A DNA stretch of 64,000 nucleotides from Opitutia bacterium (GTDB lineage: Bacteria > Verrucomicrobiota > Verrucomicrobiia > Opitutales > Opitutaceae): contig CANJVR010000008.1 of the NCBI GenBank assembly GCA_947478395.1, forward strand, positions 49,285 through 113,284. Reading direction: 5' to 3'. Shown one piece after another: positions 1-10,615 of this stretch. The translations under genes were made by a program, and so were the position numbers. Positions within the stretch are counted from its first letter, which is position 1; every line of letters begins with the position of its first letter. The notes beneath the pieces were generated by a model. It was not told the origin of the DNA. It worked only from the letters and a program-made list of their open reading frames with translations, and ran no database searches.

Positions 1-490
1 CGCAGCGGGTGGCGCTGGGCGGAGATAAATCGGGGTAGAGCAAAACTACCGAGGCACATCCCGCCCATGAACGTGCCGAGCAGCACGGCCAGTGAAAACG
101 CCGAGGAACCGATGACCAGCTGCAGGAGTTGCAGCCACACGATCTCGTAGATCAGCGCCGCGCAGCCGCTGCCGACAAAGAGCAGAAGCAACAAAGGCAG
201 GAAACGCGGCGAGTGTGATGGAGAAGATGCAGACGATGAAAACATGCGGAGGGTGCGGGTGGGTCTTGAGGCGGCAGCGCAAAGGGGTACGGCACGACGG
301 CGCGCCAGAGAATGACATGCTTACCTTCATGGGCCGCTTCGAAGTGGCGCAAGAAAAGATCGTGCCGCCCGGTCAGACGCACCGGCCGGGGAAGCGTTGT
401 GCACATTGGTCAGTTGGATCCGACCGCACATCAATCGGACCGCTGTCCAAACGAAATTTATTTCTACGAACCCCGGAATTGTTCGGAGCC

Positions 491-513
491 AATGTCACTT
501 ATTAAGTGACATT
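491..513. promoter_or_regulatory. 23-bp palindrome AATGTCACTTA-T-TAAGTGACATT, candidate protein-binding site
   Basis: Perfect inverted repeat around a central T. The same core recurs at 33186-33210 and, with variation, at 33305-33325. Confidence 0.6.
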
Positions 514-644
514 ACGGGGGGAAGATTCCCGCGAAATTCGGGGTGGTTTCTTCTGCTCCGAGGTCGAGCGTTGCGGTGGGCTGGGATAAGCACCTAAAAC
601 CTACCCGTCTTCGTCACGCCTAGCGCCCGCCCCTCCCCACTACC

Positions 645-1901
645 ATGACTCTGAAAAAAATTACCCCGTTTCAATCTGCGCTGCTCGCCAGCCTGCTTTT
701 ACCGGTGTCGCTGACGTTCGGCGCCGACGCCACCGCCGCAGCGGCTCCGGCGGCTGCGACCGCGGTCAACGCTCCAACCTTGCCGCCGATCCCGGCCATG
801 CTGGGCGTGCCGCATCCCGGCCCGGTGACGGACGCCCCTTATGCGCCCCAGCCGATTTTGTCGGGCGGGGTCGTAATTCCGCTTTTTCCGCCGGGCTCGC
901 CTTATCTGAAGATGGACCGCGTCCGCGAGGCTGAGAAGTACAACCTCGGCGGTGGCGGCCAAATTGGCTCCATCGTGAACATCCACAATCCCTCGATCGA
1001 ATTTCATCCGGGCAACCGTTCTCTTAATACCGGCGTGGTCATCATTGTCGTCGCAGGCGGCGGTCACAACACCTTGAACGTCGGCAGTGAAGGCGCGGAC
1101 TTCGTCCCGTTCTTCGCCAGTTACGGGATCAATACGGTCATTCTGAGAAACCGGATGCGCGTGGATGGCTACAACGCGAAGACTGATTCCGTCTACGACG
1201 CCCAACAGGCGATCAAAATGGTCCGCGCCTACGCGAAAGAGTGGCGCCTCGATCCCAACCGGATCGGCATCATGGGATTTTCCGCCGGCGCCGAACTCGC
1301 GGCGCCCGCGGCGATCGACTGGGCGGCGTTCGATGCGAAAAACGATCTGCCGGAAAATCCCCTGGCGAAAATTTCTTCGCGGCCCGATTTCGTCGGTATC
1401 ATTTATCCGGGCCCGACCCCGTTCGCTCGCGGTGCCAACCCGCCAATTCCCAAGGACACCCCGCCTTCGTTTATTACCTGTGCTGGCTGGGGCGATAAAG
1501 GCCACGCGGTCTGGGCGAACGAATGGTTCACCGCCATGCTGAATGCCGGCATCCCCAATGTTGAAATGCACATCTATGCCCGCGGGCATCATCCGGGCGA
1601 CCGCGTCACCGGAGATGAGCCACCGTCCACCGGTGGCCTGACCAGCCGTGGTTTTATTGCGTATGGTTCATGGCCGGCGCGTTTCATCGAGTGGACGCGC
1701 GATCTCGGTTTTCTGAACAAAACCGGCGTTGAAACCCAGGCGGCAAAAGACGTCCTCGCGAACGTGAATCGCGTCGACCTGCCGCGCGGCGGCGGGCGGC
1801 GCGGCGGGCCGGCTGGGCCGGCCGGGCCAGGCGCGCCGGTTGCTTCTCCGGTTGAATCGGTGGTACCCCCGGCGGCGGGCGCGCGACCAGCGACGCCCTG
1901 A
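645..1901 (+). CDS. Secreted alpha/beta-hydrolase (acetyl/feruloyl-esterase-like)
   Basis: Signal peptide; AGGG oxyanion-type motif; RIGIMGFSAG nucleophile elbow; RPDF motif; Gly/Pro/Arg-rich C-tail. Confidence 0.8.
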   Translation: MTLKKITPFQSALLASLLLPVSLTFGADATAAAAPAAATAVNAPTLPPIPAMLGVPHPGPVTDAPYAPQPILSGGVVIPLFPPGSPYLKMDRVREAEKYNLGGGGQIGSIVNIHNPSIEFHPGNRSLNTGVVIIVVAGGGHNTLNVGSEGADFVPFFASYGINTVILRNRMRVDGYNAKTDSVYDAQQAIKMVRAYAKEWRLDPNRIGIMGFSAGAELAAPAAIDWAAFDAKNDLPENPLAKISSRPDFVGIIYPGPTPFARGANPPIPKDTPPSFITCAGWGDKGHAVWANEWFTAMLNAGIPNVEMHIYARGHHPGDRVTGDEPPSTGGLTSRGFIAYGSWPARFIEWTRDLGFLNKTGVETQAAKDVLANVNRVDLPRGGGRRGGPAGPAGPGAPVASPVESVVPPAAGARPATP

Positions 1902-2036
1902 GGCAAATCTTGCGGACCGGTTTTTCGGGGCTCGCTGGACCCAGATCCGGAAGGACGCAGGCGGATTGGGCGCCGCCGCCGCTGGCCGGCGGGCGTTTCT
2001 GTGATTGAAATTCGCCCGGCGACCGGCGCCGATCCG

Positions 2037-4193
2037 CTACAAACCGCCGGGGGCCGTTCCGGCCGGCGCGAGCCCGCGCCGCAGCAAGAGCGGTTTTAAG
2101 TCGAGTTCGCCGCCCGTGAAGTTTTTGAAAAGCGTCATCGCGTCCTCGCTACCACCACGCGAAAGCAGGACCTGACGGAAGCGATCGCCGTTCGCGCGCG
2201 TCAGACCGCCGTGCTGTTTGAACCACTCCACGCTGTCGGCATCGAGTACCTCACTCCAAATGTACGAGTAGTATCCGGCGGAATATCCGCCGGAAAAAAT
2301 ATGCTGGAAATAGGTGCTGCGATAACGCGGCGGCACGACGGCGTAATCGGCGCCGGCTTTTTTCAATGCGGTGGCTTCAAAAGCGGGCACGGCGGTGGCA
2401 CTCGGAATTTCCCCCGGTTTGAGCTGATGCCACGCCTGGTCGAGGAGCATGGCGGCTAATAGCTCGGCCGTTTTGAAGCCCTGATTGAACCGGCTGGCGG
2501 CCTCGACCTTTTCGACGAGCGCGAGCGGCATCGGTTCGCCGGTCTTATAATGCTTCGCGTAGTGCTTCAAAACTTCCGGCCAGGTCCGCCACATTTCGTT
2601 CACCTGCGACGGATATTCGACGAAGTCGCGGGGGACGCGCGTGCCGCTGAATCGCGGATAGGTCACATTGGAAAACATGCCGTGCAACGCGTGCCCGAAT
2701 TCGTGGAAGATCGTGCGCGTTTCATCCCACGTGAGCAGCGTGGGCTCGCCGGCGGTGGGCAGCGGGATGTTGAGATGGTTGGCAACAACCGATTGGGTCC
2801 CGAGCAGTTTCGACTGGGAAACGTAGGCGTTCATCCACGCTCCGCCGCGCTTCGAGGGCCGGGCGTAGTAGTCGCCGATAAAAATCGCGAGCGGTTTGCC
2901 GTCGGCATCGAACACGTCGAAAACGCGCACCGTCGGTTCGTAGACCGGCAGGTCGTGTCGTTCCTTGAACGTCAGTCCGTACAGTTTTTCCGCGGCGTAG
3001 AACACGCCGTCGATCAAAACGTGATTCAGTTCGAGATACGGCCGCAGCTGGGCCTCGTCGAATGCGTAGCGCGACTGGCGCAGTTTCTCGGCGTAGAAAG
3101 CGCGGTCCGCGGCGGTGATGGCGAAGCCACCGTGGTCGGCGTCGACGAGGGCCTGTTCGTCGGCCACTTCGCGACGGGCGTTGGCGACGGCCGGAACGGC
3201 GAGATCGGCCAGCAGTCGGTTGACGACAGCGACGCTGCCGGCGGTTTGCTCCTCGAGTTGGAAAGCGGCGTGGTGTTCGTAGCCGAGCAGTTGGGCGCGC
3301 TCGGCTCGCAGCCGTGCGATGTGGGCGACGGTGGCGGTCAGGTCGAAGGGCCCGCCGCGGCTGCCGCGGGCGAGGGCAGCGGCGAGCAGTTTTTCGCGCG
3401 TGGCCCGGTTTTGCAGTGACTCCAGTTGCGGCTGGCCGGAGGTATTTTGGAGTCGCAGCAGAAATTTTCCGTTCTGGCCGGCGGCTTTCGCGGCGGTGGC
3501 GGCCGCATCGATTTCTTTTTCGCTGAGACCGGCCAGTTCGGCGCGGGAGTCGATGATTGCGCCGGCCGCATTGGTTTCGTCGAGGAGCGCCTGGGAGAAC
3601 TGCGTCGAAAGAGTGGCGAGCTCCGCGTTGATGGCCTTGAGCTTGGTTTTGTTCGGGTCGGAGAGACGGGCGCCGGCGCGGACGAAATCGGTTTGGTAGC
3701 GCCACAGTAGGCGGCTCGCTTCGGCGTCGAGACCGAGTGCGCCGCGCGCCTCGTACAGCGTTTGAACGCGGGCGAAGAGCGTTGGGTTGAGCAGAATGGC
3801 GTCGCGCTGCGCGGCGAACTTGGGCGCCATGTCGGCCTCGATTTTCTTGAGCTCAGGATTGGTATGCGCACCTGCGAGGCTGGAGAAAATAATTTCGGCC
3901 CGATTGCGGAGCGCGCCCGCTTTTTCGAGCGCGACGATCGTGTTTTCGAACGTGGGCGGCGCGGGATGGTTTGCGATGGCGTCGATTTCCTTGAGCTCGT
4001 CGGCGAGGCCTTGAGCAAACGCCGGGGCGAAGTGTTCCGTCTTGATCAGATCGAATCGCGGATAGTGAAACGGTAGTGAGCTCTCGACGAACAGGGGATT
4101 CGACGGCGTTTCGGCGGCGCGAACACGGGTGTTCGCGATTACGCAGAGCGCGGTGACGGCGATAACGGCGGCGCAGGGAATTTTTCTTGGCAT
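2037..4193 (-). CDS. dcp: M3 family metallopeptidase (peptidyl-dipeptidase Dcp-like), secreted
   Basis: HEFGHALH zinc motif; KRGGAWM; RDFVEYPSQ; GYSAGYYSYIWSEVLD; N-terminal signal peptide. Confidence 0.9.
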   Translation of the reverse strand: MPRKIPCAAVIAVTALCVIANTRVRAAETPSNPLFVESSLPFHYPRFDLIKTEHFAPAFAQGLADELKEIDAIANHPAPPTFENTIVALEKAGALRNRAEIIFSSLAGAHTNPELKKIEADMAPKFAAQRDAILLNPTLFARVQTLYEARGALGLDAEASRLLWRYQTDFVRAGARLSDPNKTKLKAINAELATLSTQFSQALLDETNAAGAIIDSRAELAGLSEKEIDAAATAAKAAGQNGKFLLRLQNTSGQPQLESLQNRATREKLLAAALARGSRGGPFDLTATVAHIARLRAERAQLLGYEHHAAFQLEEQTAGSVAVVNRLLADLAVPAVANARREVADEQALVDADHGGFAITAADRAFYAEKLRQSRYAFDEAQLRPYLELNHVLIDGVFYAAEKLYGLTFKERHDLPVYEPTVRVFDVFDADGKPLAIFIGDYYARPSKRGGAWMNAYVSQSKLLGTQSVVANHLNIPLPTAGEPTLLTWDETRTIFHEFGHALHGMFSNVTYPRFSGTRVPRDFVEYPSQVNEMWRTWPEVLKHYAKHYKTGEPMPLALVEKVEAASRFNQGFKTAELLAAMLLDQAWHQLKPGEIPSATAVPAFEATALKKAGADYAVVPPRYRSTYFQHIFSGGYSAGYYSYIWSEVLDADSVEWFKQHGGLTRANGDRFRQVLLSRGGSEDAMTLFKNFTGGELDLKPLLLRRGLAPAGTAPGGL

Positions 4194-4288
4194 GGCCGCA
4201 GCTTGCGGCCGATGCGGGCCGTGGCAAGGCGGTCGTGGGCGAACGCGCTCCGGCGTTGCGCGCCGACCCGCTCAAGAGGGAAATCGAA

Positions 4289-4402
4289 CTAACGCAGTTT
4301 AAGTTTTTCCGGGGCCGTTTGATGTGGCTAGCCCGTAGCGGCAGGCGTCCTCATGACGGCAGGCAGGGACGCCTGCCGCTACGTCGCGAGCTACTACGCT
4401 TT
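4289..4402. repeat. MITE/REP-like element, copy A
   Basis: TTTAAGTTTTTCCGGGGCCG arm followed by the GTAGCGGCAGGCGTCC...GGACGCCTGCCGCTAC hairpin (4335-4382). Confidence 0.8.
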
Positions 4403-4497
4403 CCGTTTCGACCAATCGAGCGAACCCTCGACGGAGGAGAGACTCTGCAAATTCCACTCGTGGGGAGGGTGACCGCCGGGCGGGGTGTGTGCGGGAA

Positions 4498-5856
4498 CTA
4501 CACCCCGGCCAGACGCGCGTCGGCGTCCCCGAAGCGTGGGAGCTGCACGCCCGCACGATCCATCAGCGAGAGATAGAGGCTGCAGAGTTTGCGGTTTTCG
4601 TTGCCCTTGTCCGTGTAGTCGAGCACCCGCCCGGTTTCCAACGTGCCGCCGAGGCCTCCGACCGTGACGAGCGGCACCTTGCTGTTGTCGTGCCGTGTGC
4701 CGGAAAACATGTTCGAGAGATACATGAGGCAGGTATTGTCCAGCACCGTGCCCTCGCCCTCGGGCATCGCGTCGAGGCGGCCGGCGAGATAAGCGAGATT
4801 GCTGACATAATATCGCGCGATGCGTTCGTAGTCCTCCGACTGGTCGTCGTGGGAAGCGCCGTGGTGCGCTTTTTTCACGTTGAGGAACGGATAAAGCAGA
4901 CCGGAAATATCGCGGCACAAAAGCAGCGAAACGACGCGTGTTTTATCGGTCTGAAACGCGAGCGCGACGATGTCGCACATGAGTTTCATATGCTCGCGAA
5001 TGTCTTCGGGGAGACCGTTGTCCGGCCGCTTCATCGCGACCAAAGGCTGGCCCCGATTTTTCGCATTATCTTCCGCCTTGGCTTGATCGCCGCGCATGCG
5101 ATCCACCCGCTTCTCCACCTCGCGCACGCTGCTGAGATATTCGTCCAACTTTACATGATCGGCCGCGCTGATCTGGCGGGTGAGCCGGTCCGCGTCCTCT
5201 TTGACGCGATCGAGAATGCTCTGCGAGCGGCGACTGCCGCGGTTTTCGAACAGACTGTCGAAAGCGAGCGACGGATAAACCTCCATTGGCACCGGCGAAT
5301 CGGCGTTCTCCCATGAGATATGGGAGCCGTAGGCCATGGAGAAGTTTGTCTCATGGTAACCCGTGGTCGGCTGCTCGCATCCCAGAACCATGCTGGGCTG
5401 CATCGTCTCTTGCCCCAGCCGCGTGGCGAGCACCTGGTCCATGCTCACGCCACCGTGAAGCACCGCGCCCTTCATGAGTGGCATACCGGAAAGGAGATTC
5501 CCCGTCATGCCCGGATGAATGCCGACCCCCGTGGCGAACTTGTTGTAGAGCCCGTTGATGACATTCAGTTTAGTTCGGAATGGCTCAAGTGGCGTGAGCG
5601 TTTTGCTGAGCTCCATGTCCGCACCCGCACCCTTGGCCCACCAATGGTTCGGACTGATGCCGTTAGCTTGGAACAAGACTGCAAAGCGCTTCGGATAAGG
5701 ATTGGGCGTGGCCGCTGTGGGCAAAGCCTCGCTGCCCCAAACCGGAAGCGACTCGAGCCACGGGAGCGACATCATCACGCCGGCGCCATGGAGAAATCTG
5801 CGCCGTGAGATTTGGTAACGGAGGACGTCGGGGGTATTTTGATTATTCGCGGACAT
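4498..5856 (-). CDS. DUF1552 domain protein
   Basis: ISRRRFL twin-arginine-like N-terminus; LPWLESL; SMDQVLA; KLDEYLSSVREVEKR; HHGASH; overlaps the upstream DUF1592 gene. Confidence 0.85.
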   Translation of the reverse strand: MSANNQNTPDVLRYQISRRRFLHGAGVMMSLPWLESLPVWGSEALPTAATPNPYPKRFAVLFQANGISPNHWWAKGAGADMELSKTLTPLEPFRTKLNVINGLYNKFATGVGIHPGMTGNLLSGMPLMKGAVLHGGVSMDQVLATRLGQETMQPSMVLGCEQPTTGYHETNFSMAYGSHISWENADSPVPMEVYPSLAFDSLFENRGSRRSQSILDRVKEDADRLTRQISAADHVKLDEYLSSVREVEKRVDRMRGDQAKAEDNAKNRGQPLVAMKRPDNGLPEDIREHMKLMCDIVALAFQTDKTRVVSLLLCRDISGLLYPFLNVKKAHHGASHDDQSEDYERIARYYVSNLAYLAGRLDAMPEGEGTVLDNTCLMYLSNMFSGTRHDNSKVPLVTVGGLGGTLETGRVLDYTDKGNENRKLCSLYLSLMDRAGVQLPRFGDADARLAGV

Positions 5857-8800
5857 AGTGGGTAACGGTGGCGAAGATTTCGGGGGTGCGTTTGGTTAAA
5901 AATTGCGGGCTCGTTACGATGCTTTCCACGAGCGTGCTGAAACGATGGCCGTTGGCGGCGAGCTTGGAACGCATCTCGGCAATGAGCAGATCGTCGGATG
6001 GAAGCAACGTCCGCCCCAACGCGTAGGAGGTAAGTTTGCGGCTCAGGTTGTCGACGAAGTCGGCCTCCCGGGAGTCGTGCAGAAATGCCCGCAGGCCCGC
6101 GACGCCGCTGCGCTCGCTCCCGCCGGGAAACTGGGCCCGGGTGTCGACCGCACGGTCACCCAGATCCTTTTCCCTTCGCTCGCCGATGGGGCCGAACCCC
6201 TCGAAGACCAGGCCGAAGGAATCGAAGCGGGCGTGGCAGCTCGCGCAGGATTTATCCTCGCGGTGCCTGGCCAGCGCATCGCGCAAACTGAGGCCAACCA
6301 TCTTGGATTCATCGGGGGGCAGCGCAGGGACATTGGGGGGCGGAGCCGGAATGCGTTCACCGAGGATGCGGCGCACGACCCAGTTGCCGCGCTTCACGGG
6401 ACTCGTGCGCAATCCGGGTGAGTTGGCCGTGAGGAAAACCGCCATCGGCAGGAGACCGCCGCGATCGAATTTATCCGCATGATCCACGCGCACCCAATGA
6501 TCGGGGGCGCCGGCGACGGCGGGCATGCCGTAGTGTTGGGCGAGCCCGGGGTTCACGAAGGTATAATCGCCATAGATAAAATTCAGCACTGACTTGTCGC
6601 TTTGAACGAGATCGAGGGTGAAGCGCACGGGCTCCTCGAACATCGCTTCGCGCAGCTCATTCGTGAATGCCGGGAAACGCTCGCGATCGACCGTGTTGCT
6701 TTCCTCGAAGCGGCGGAAGTCGAGCCAGTTGCCGCCGAACTCAACGCTCAGGTGGCGAATGCGGTCGTCCTTGAGCATCCGGCGGGCTTGGGCGGCGAGA
6801 ACCTTGGGTTGGTGCAGATCGCCCGCGGCCGCATGGGTCAGCAATTCGGCATCGGGCATCGTGGACCACAGAAAATAACTCAACCGGCTTGCGAGCGCAT
6901 AATCCGATAGCGGCTCGGTTTCAGCCAACTGCGGCCGCGCCGGCGCCAAAGGTCCGAAGCTCCTAAAGAGAGATGCAAACCAGCCCTTTTTCGCCGGCGT
7001 GGCGGCGACCTGAGGCGGATTCGCCGATACGCCGAGATCGATGCGATAAAGAAAATTCGGCGACATCAAAACGCGGGCGATGCAGTCGCGCATCGCCTCT
7101 TCGTGATCGAGGCCGCCCTGTGCGCGCGCCTCATGATAGAAGGCCAGAATGCGCTCGCCTTCCGTGGGCGCGAGCGGCCGCCGATAGGCGCGAGCCGCAA
7201 AATTCTGCACCGCTGTGAGGTGGCTGACCTCGGCGGCGGTGTGGGCTGCGTCGAAATGCTGGATTTCAGCCGCGGTGCGTTGAAAGTGATCCTTGATCGC
7301 CGCCTGGACGGCCTCGTTCGCCTTCATTCGGATGGCCTTCGCGAGATAGAGCTCGCCGAGTTGTTTAACTTTAGCCGGCTCCGTCACGGATTTATCCTCG
7401 GAGCGGAAGGCAAAAAATTCTTCTGAATTCAAAAAAGCCGAATCCGTGTGCTCATACCAAAGCTGGCCGGTGTAGGTCCGCTGCGGGATCGCCGCCACAT
7501 AGAAGAAATCCTGCCACATCGCATCGAGCTCGCGGCGCCCGGCATCACTGAGAATCAAATCGTACAACGGACCGTCGTCGCGGAAGTAGCCCGTCATACT
7601 GTGGTAGCCCGCGCTCAACAGGCGGCCCGAGAGAATTTTCTCGGCCTCCGGATTGGCGTAAACGCGCGCGCGCTCGCTAATGTAGAACGTGTCGGGAAAC
7701 ACGGAGGCAAAACGCGCGAAAGACGCCTCGTAGGCCGGGCGCTGCGCCGGATCGGCCGGAATGACGAGCTCGGGCTCCGGCACCCGCGTGCGGGACGCCG
7801 CCATTTTGTAGGTCGCGGACGTGGCCGCGTTCGGGTTGACGGGGACCGGGCGACGCGGACCGCTTCCACCCGCGGTCGGGGCGCTGCCCGCCGTTGCAGT
7901 TGGTTGCACCACGGGTTCACCTGCGACCTGTAAGGCCGTCGGATCGTAGCGCCGGCGGTTCGCTGCCATCTCGCGGTTTTTCCAGAGAACGAACACGGGC
8001 GAGCCATCGATGATGCCAGGTGAACGCATGTTCGCGATGTCGGGAATGATCTGGTCGCGCAGCTTCATCACATAATTGCGCATCATCTCGCAGCCGGCGC
8101 GCAAAGCGGGATCGGACGGTGACGTCGCAGCCGGTAGCGCGCGCCACATCGCTTGGAGCTTGGCGACGGGCCCGACCTTTTCCGGCGCCTCCGCGAGGAA
8201 CGACCACACCATCGCGAGATATTGCGGTGCGAGTTTCGATTCAGCGGCGATGGTGGTGAGCGTGGCCTTTGGCTGGTTCAGCGCGGTGCGATTTTGGAAA
8301 CGCCAGGCCGCTTGAAAGTAGTCGGCGAAATCGGTCGGCTGCCGTTGATAGAAATCGATAATTTTCTGGGTGAAATACAGGTCGCGGTCTGTGTCGGCGA
8401 GGACGGGGTTGGGCGCGAAGTCGATGCCGTCGAGTTTCAGGACCAAGTGCTCCGCGACTTTCTGCGCGGCACCGAGGTATTTTTTCAACAGGGCAGGTGA
8501 CATCGCCAGGGATTCTCCCGTGTTGTCGAAGCCGGCCTGATTAGCGGGATCGACCGGAAATTCCTTGGTGGGCCGGAGGTCGGCGCCGGTCAGATCGCGA
8601 ATCGTGTAATCATACTCGGCGTTGCTGAGCCGCCGGGCGAGAACGGGACCGGGGTCGCCGGCGTGCTTGGACGCTTCATTTTTTCGCAGCTCGCGGATCC
8701 ACGTCACGACTTCCTGGCGCTGTTTGTCCGACGGAAATTTCTTCGCCTTCTCCGCCGGCATCTCGCCGGCTTCGACCCGTTCGAGAATGAGATTCCAGTG

Positions 8801-9028
8801 ATCGAAATCGCGGAGCACCGCACGGAGGCTCGTGAACTGGGTTAGATCGAGCTCGGCCTCGGGCTTGTCCTGACCGTGACATGAAAGGCAGTAGGTTTCC
8901 ACGAACGGGTGCACCGTGGTTTTGAACGTGCGCTCAAGCGTGGCCTCGGCGGTCTCCGCAGAAATGGCCGGACGTACCAGCAGAGCAGAGGTCGGGAGAA
9001 GAATCGCGAAAAGGGCGCGGGATATCAT
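5843..9028 (-). CDS. Planctomycete-type cytochrome c / DUF1587-DUF1595-DUF1592-DUF1588-DUF1585 protein
   Basis: CLSCH and CASCH haem motifs; RRLSNAEYDYTIRDL; LASRLSYFLWSTMPD; TSPVKRG; YALGR. Confidence 0.85.
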   Translation of the reverse strand: MISRALFAILLPTSALLVRPAISAETAEATLERTFKTTVHPFVETYCLSCHGQDKPEAELDLTQFTSLRAVLRDFDHWNLILERVEAGEMPAEKAKKFPSDKQRQEVVTWIRELRKNEASKHAGDPGPVLARRLSNAEYDYTIRDLTGADLRPTKEFPVDPANQAGFDNTGESLAMSPALLKKYLGAAQKVAEHLVLKLDGIDFAPNPVLADTDRDLYFTQKIIDFYQRQPTDFADYFQAAWRFQNRTALNQPKATLTTIAAESKLAPQYLAMVWSFLAEAPEKVGPVAKLQAMWRALPAATSPSDPALRAGCEMMRNYVMKLRDQIIPDIANMRSPGIIDGSPVFVLWKNREMAANRRRYDPTALQVAGEPVVQPTATAGSAPTAGGSGPRRPVPVNPNAATSATYKMAASRTRVPEPELVIPADPAQRPAYEASFARFASVFPDTFYISERARVYANPEAEKILSGRLLSAGYHSMTGYFRDDGPLYDLILSDAGRRELDAMWQDFFYVAAIPQRTYTGQLWYEHTDSAFLNSEEFFAFRSEDKSVTEPAKVKQLGELYLAKAIRMKANEAVQAAIKDHFQRTAAEIQHFDAAHTAAEVSHLTAVQNFAARAYRRPLAPTEGERILAFYHEARAQGGLDHEEAMRDCIARVLMSPNFLYRIDLGVSANPPQVAATPAKKGWFASLFRSFGPLAPARPQLAETEPLSDYALASRLSYFLWSTMPDAELLTHAAAGDLHQPKVLAAQARRMLKDDRIRHLSVEFGGNWLDFRRFEESNTVDRERFPAFTNELREAMFEEPVRFTLDLVQSDKSVLNFIYGDYTFVNPGLAQHYGMPAVAGAPDHWVRVDHADKFDRGGLLPMAVFLTANSPGLRTSPVKRGNWVVRRILGERIPAPPPNVPALPPDESKMVGLSLRDALARHREDKSCASCHARFDSFGLVFEGFGPIGERREKDLGDRAVDTRAQFPGGSERSGVAGLRAFLHDSREADFVDNLSRKLTSYALGRTLLPSDDLLIAEMRSKLAANGHRFSTLVESIVTSPQFLTKRTPEIFATVTHYVRE

Positions 9029-9390
9029 CGGTGGGGCGGACGGGGTAGGATCGAGCGAGCCAGGAAAACGAAGGGGAGAGTCTGTGGCGAAAAGACGGCT
9101 GAAGTCCCGAAAAGAATTGAGTCGCGCGGGTGAATTCTGGCGCCCGTCTCCGTTTTGGGAAATGCGGTCAGGCGCCGATCCAAATTACCGGGCAGCTCCA
9201 ATTGGGAATGTCTTGGCGAGATGGACTAAGCGCGCTGGGCCGAACCAGCGGGATCCCTTTGTCGCGGGGCGGCGCGCCGTGACCATGACTCGAACATCCC
9301 CGTAAATGCGGCATCGCCGGGGACGGAAGGACGGTAAATGCTCGCCAGACCTTCACCGCCTCTCTCCCGATTCCTGCACCACCGCCGCCC

Positions 9391-10002
9391 ATGAAAATAA
9401 AATCCGCCGAATTCAAGATTAGCGCGCCCGAATTGCGCGACTGCCCCGATTGGCCCTTGCCGGAATTCGCGTTCATCGGTCGGTCCAACGTCGGCAAGTC
9501 ATCGCTGATCAACCTGCTGACTGAGCGGCGCGATCTCGCCAAGGTCTCCGACGCGCCGGGCAAAACGAAGCTCATTAACTTTTTTATCGTGAATGGGGCG
9601 TGGGCACTCGTCGATCTGCCGGGCTACGGTTACGCGGAGGTGGGCAAGCAGCGGGGCCTTGAGTTCAATGAGGCCGTGGCGGGTTTCCTCGCGGGCCGGA
9701 GGAATCTGCGCTGCGTTTTCGTGCTGATCGATTCCCGACTTCCTCCTCAACCCATCGATCTCGAATTCCTGCGCTGGCTCGAGGGCTGCACGGTGCCGTA
9801 TGCCCTCATTTTCACGAAGACCGACAAACAATCGGCGGGGAAAGGTCAGGCCAACATCGACGTTTTCATGAATGCCGTGGCCACGTGGCGGGCCGAGTTG
9901 CCGCCCGTGCTGGCGAGTTCGTCGAAAACCCGCATCGGGCGCTCCGACATTCTCGGTTATATCGCGAAGGTTCTGGCGGAGGCCAACCGGTCGAGTGGTT
10001 GA
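9391..10002 (+). CDS. engB: Ribosome biogenesis GTPase EngB/YihA/YsxC
   Basis: GRSNVGKSS (G1), DLPGYG (G3), TKTDK (G4). Confidence 0.95.
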   Translation: MKIKSAEFKISAPELRDCPDWPLPEFAFIGRSNVGKSSLINLLTERRDLAKVSDAPGKTKLINFFIVNGAWALVDLPGYGYAEVGKQRGLEFNEAVAGFLAGRRNLRCVFVLIDSRLPPQPIDLEFLRWLEGCTVPYALIFTKTDKQSAGKGQANIDVFMNAVATWRAELPPVLASSSKTRIGRSDILGYIAKVLAEANRSSG

Positions 10003-10113
10003 TGGGACGGAACGATCGCGCCAAATTCCGCGGGTGAGATGCGATTCCGCGACCGGCAGGCCGCGGCGCGCAAAATCTCGACAGGACTCGGACGATACGC
10101 GGAGATCGCGGAC

Positions 10114-10440
10114 ATGGCCCTGCCCAACACACCAGTCGACCGCCTGCGATTCATCGCATTTTGGGAGGGAATTTCATTTTTACTCCTGCTCGTCGTCGCG
10201 ATGCCGTTGAAATATTTTGCCGGCTGGCCCCTCGGCGTCCGCGTCGTGGGCATGGCGCATGGGATCTTGTTCGTTCTTTACGTCGGTGCGACGGTCATGG
10301 CGGCTCGCAGTGGCCGTTGGTCGTTGGGCCGCACGGCGCTGGTGCTCGTAGCGAGCGTACTGCCGGCCGGGCCCTTTATTGTAGACGCAAAAATTCTGAG
10401 TTCCGCCGGTAAAAGTCAGACGGGCTCAGAGCGCGGCTAA
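10114..10440 (+). CDS. DUF3817 family small membrane protein
   Basis: EGISFLLLL..AMPLKY, GMAHGILF and LPAGPF motifs; ATG at 10114 preferred over 10039. Confidence 0.8.
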   Translation: MALPNTPVDRLRFIAFWEGISFLLLLVVAMPLKYFAGWPLGVRVVGMAHGILFVLYVGATVMAARSGRWSLGRTALVLVASVLPAGPFIVDAKILSSAGKSQTGSERG

Positions 10441-10615
10441 GAATCACGGCGCGCACGGGGCTCGTTTGCGATCGCGCTGAGCGGCGACGCCGGCGGCTTG
10501 CCCCACGTCGCGGGCTCGGGTCCATCCGACGTTGAACCGCTCGCTTGAAGCGCGAAATCGCGGACGGTGAAATTGTCGAGGGATGTGTCCCCGGCGACGT
10601 CACTAGGCCGTCGGC

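Noticed and set aside
1..640. Short overlapping ORFs at the window start
   Set aside because: No recognisable motifs in any frame; cannot choose a real gene.
1925..1975. CCAGATCCGGAAGGACGCAG resembles the SRP RNA core
   Set aside because: The conserved GGAAGCAG reads GGACGCAG and the flanks do not form a convincing long stem; a cmscan against the bacterial SRP model would settle it.
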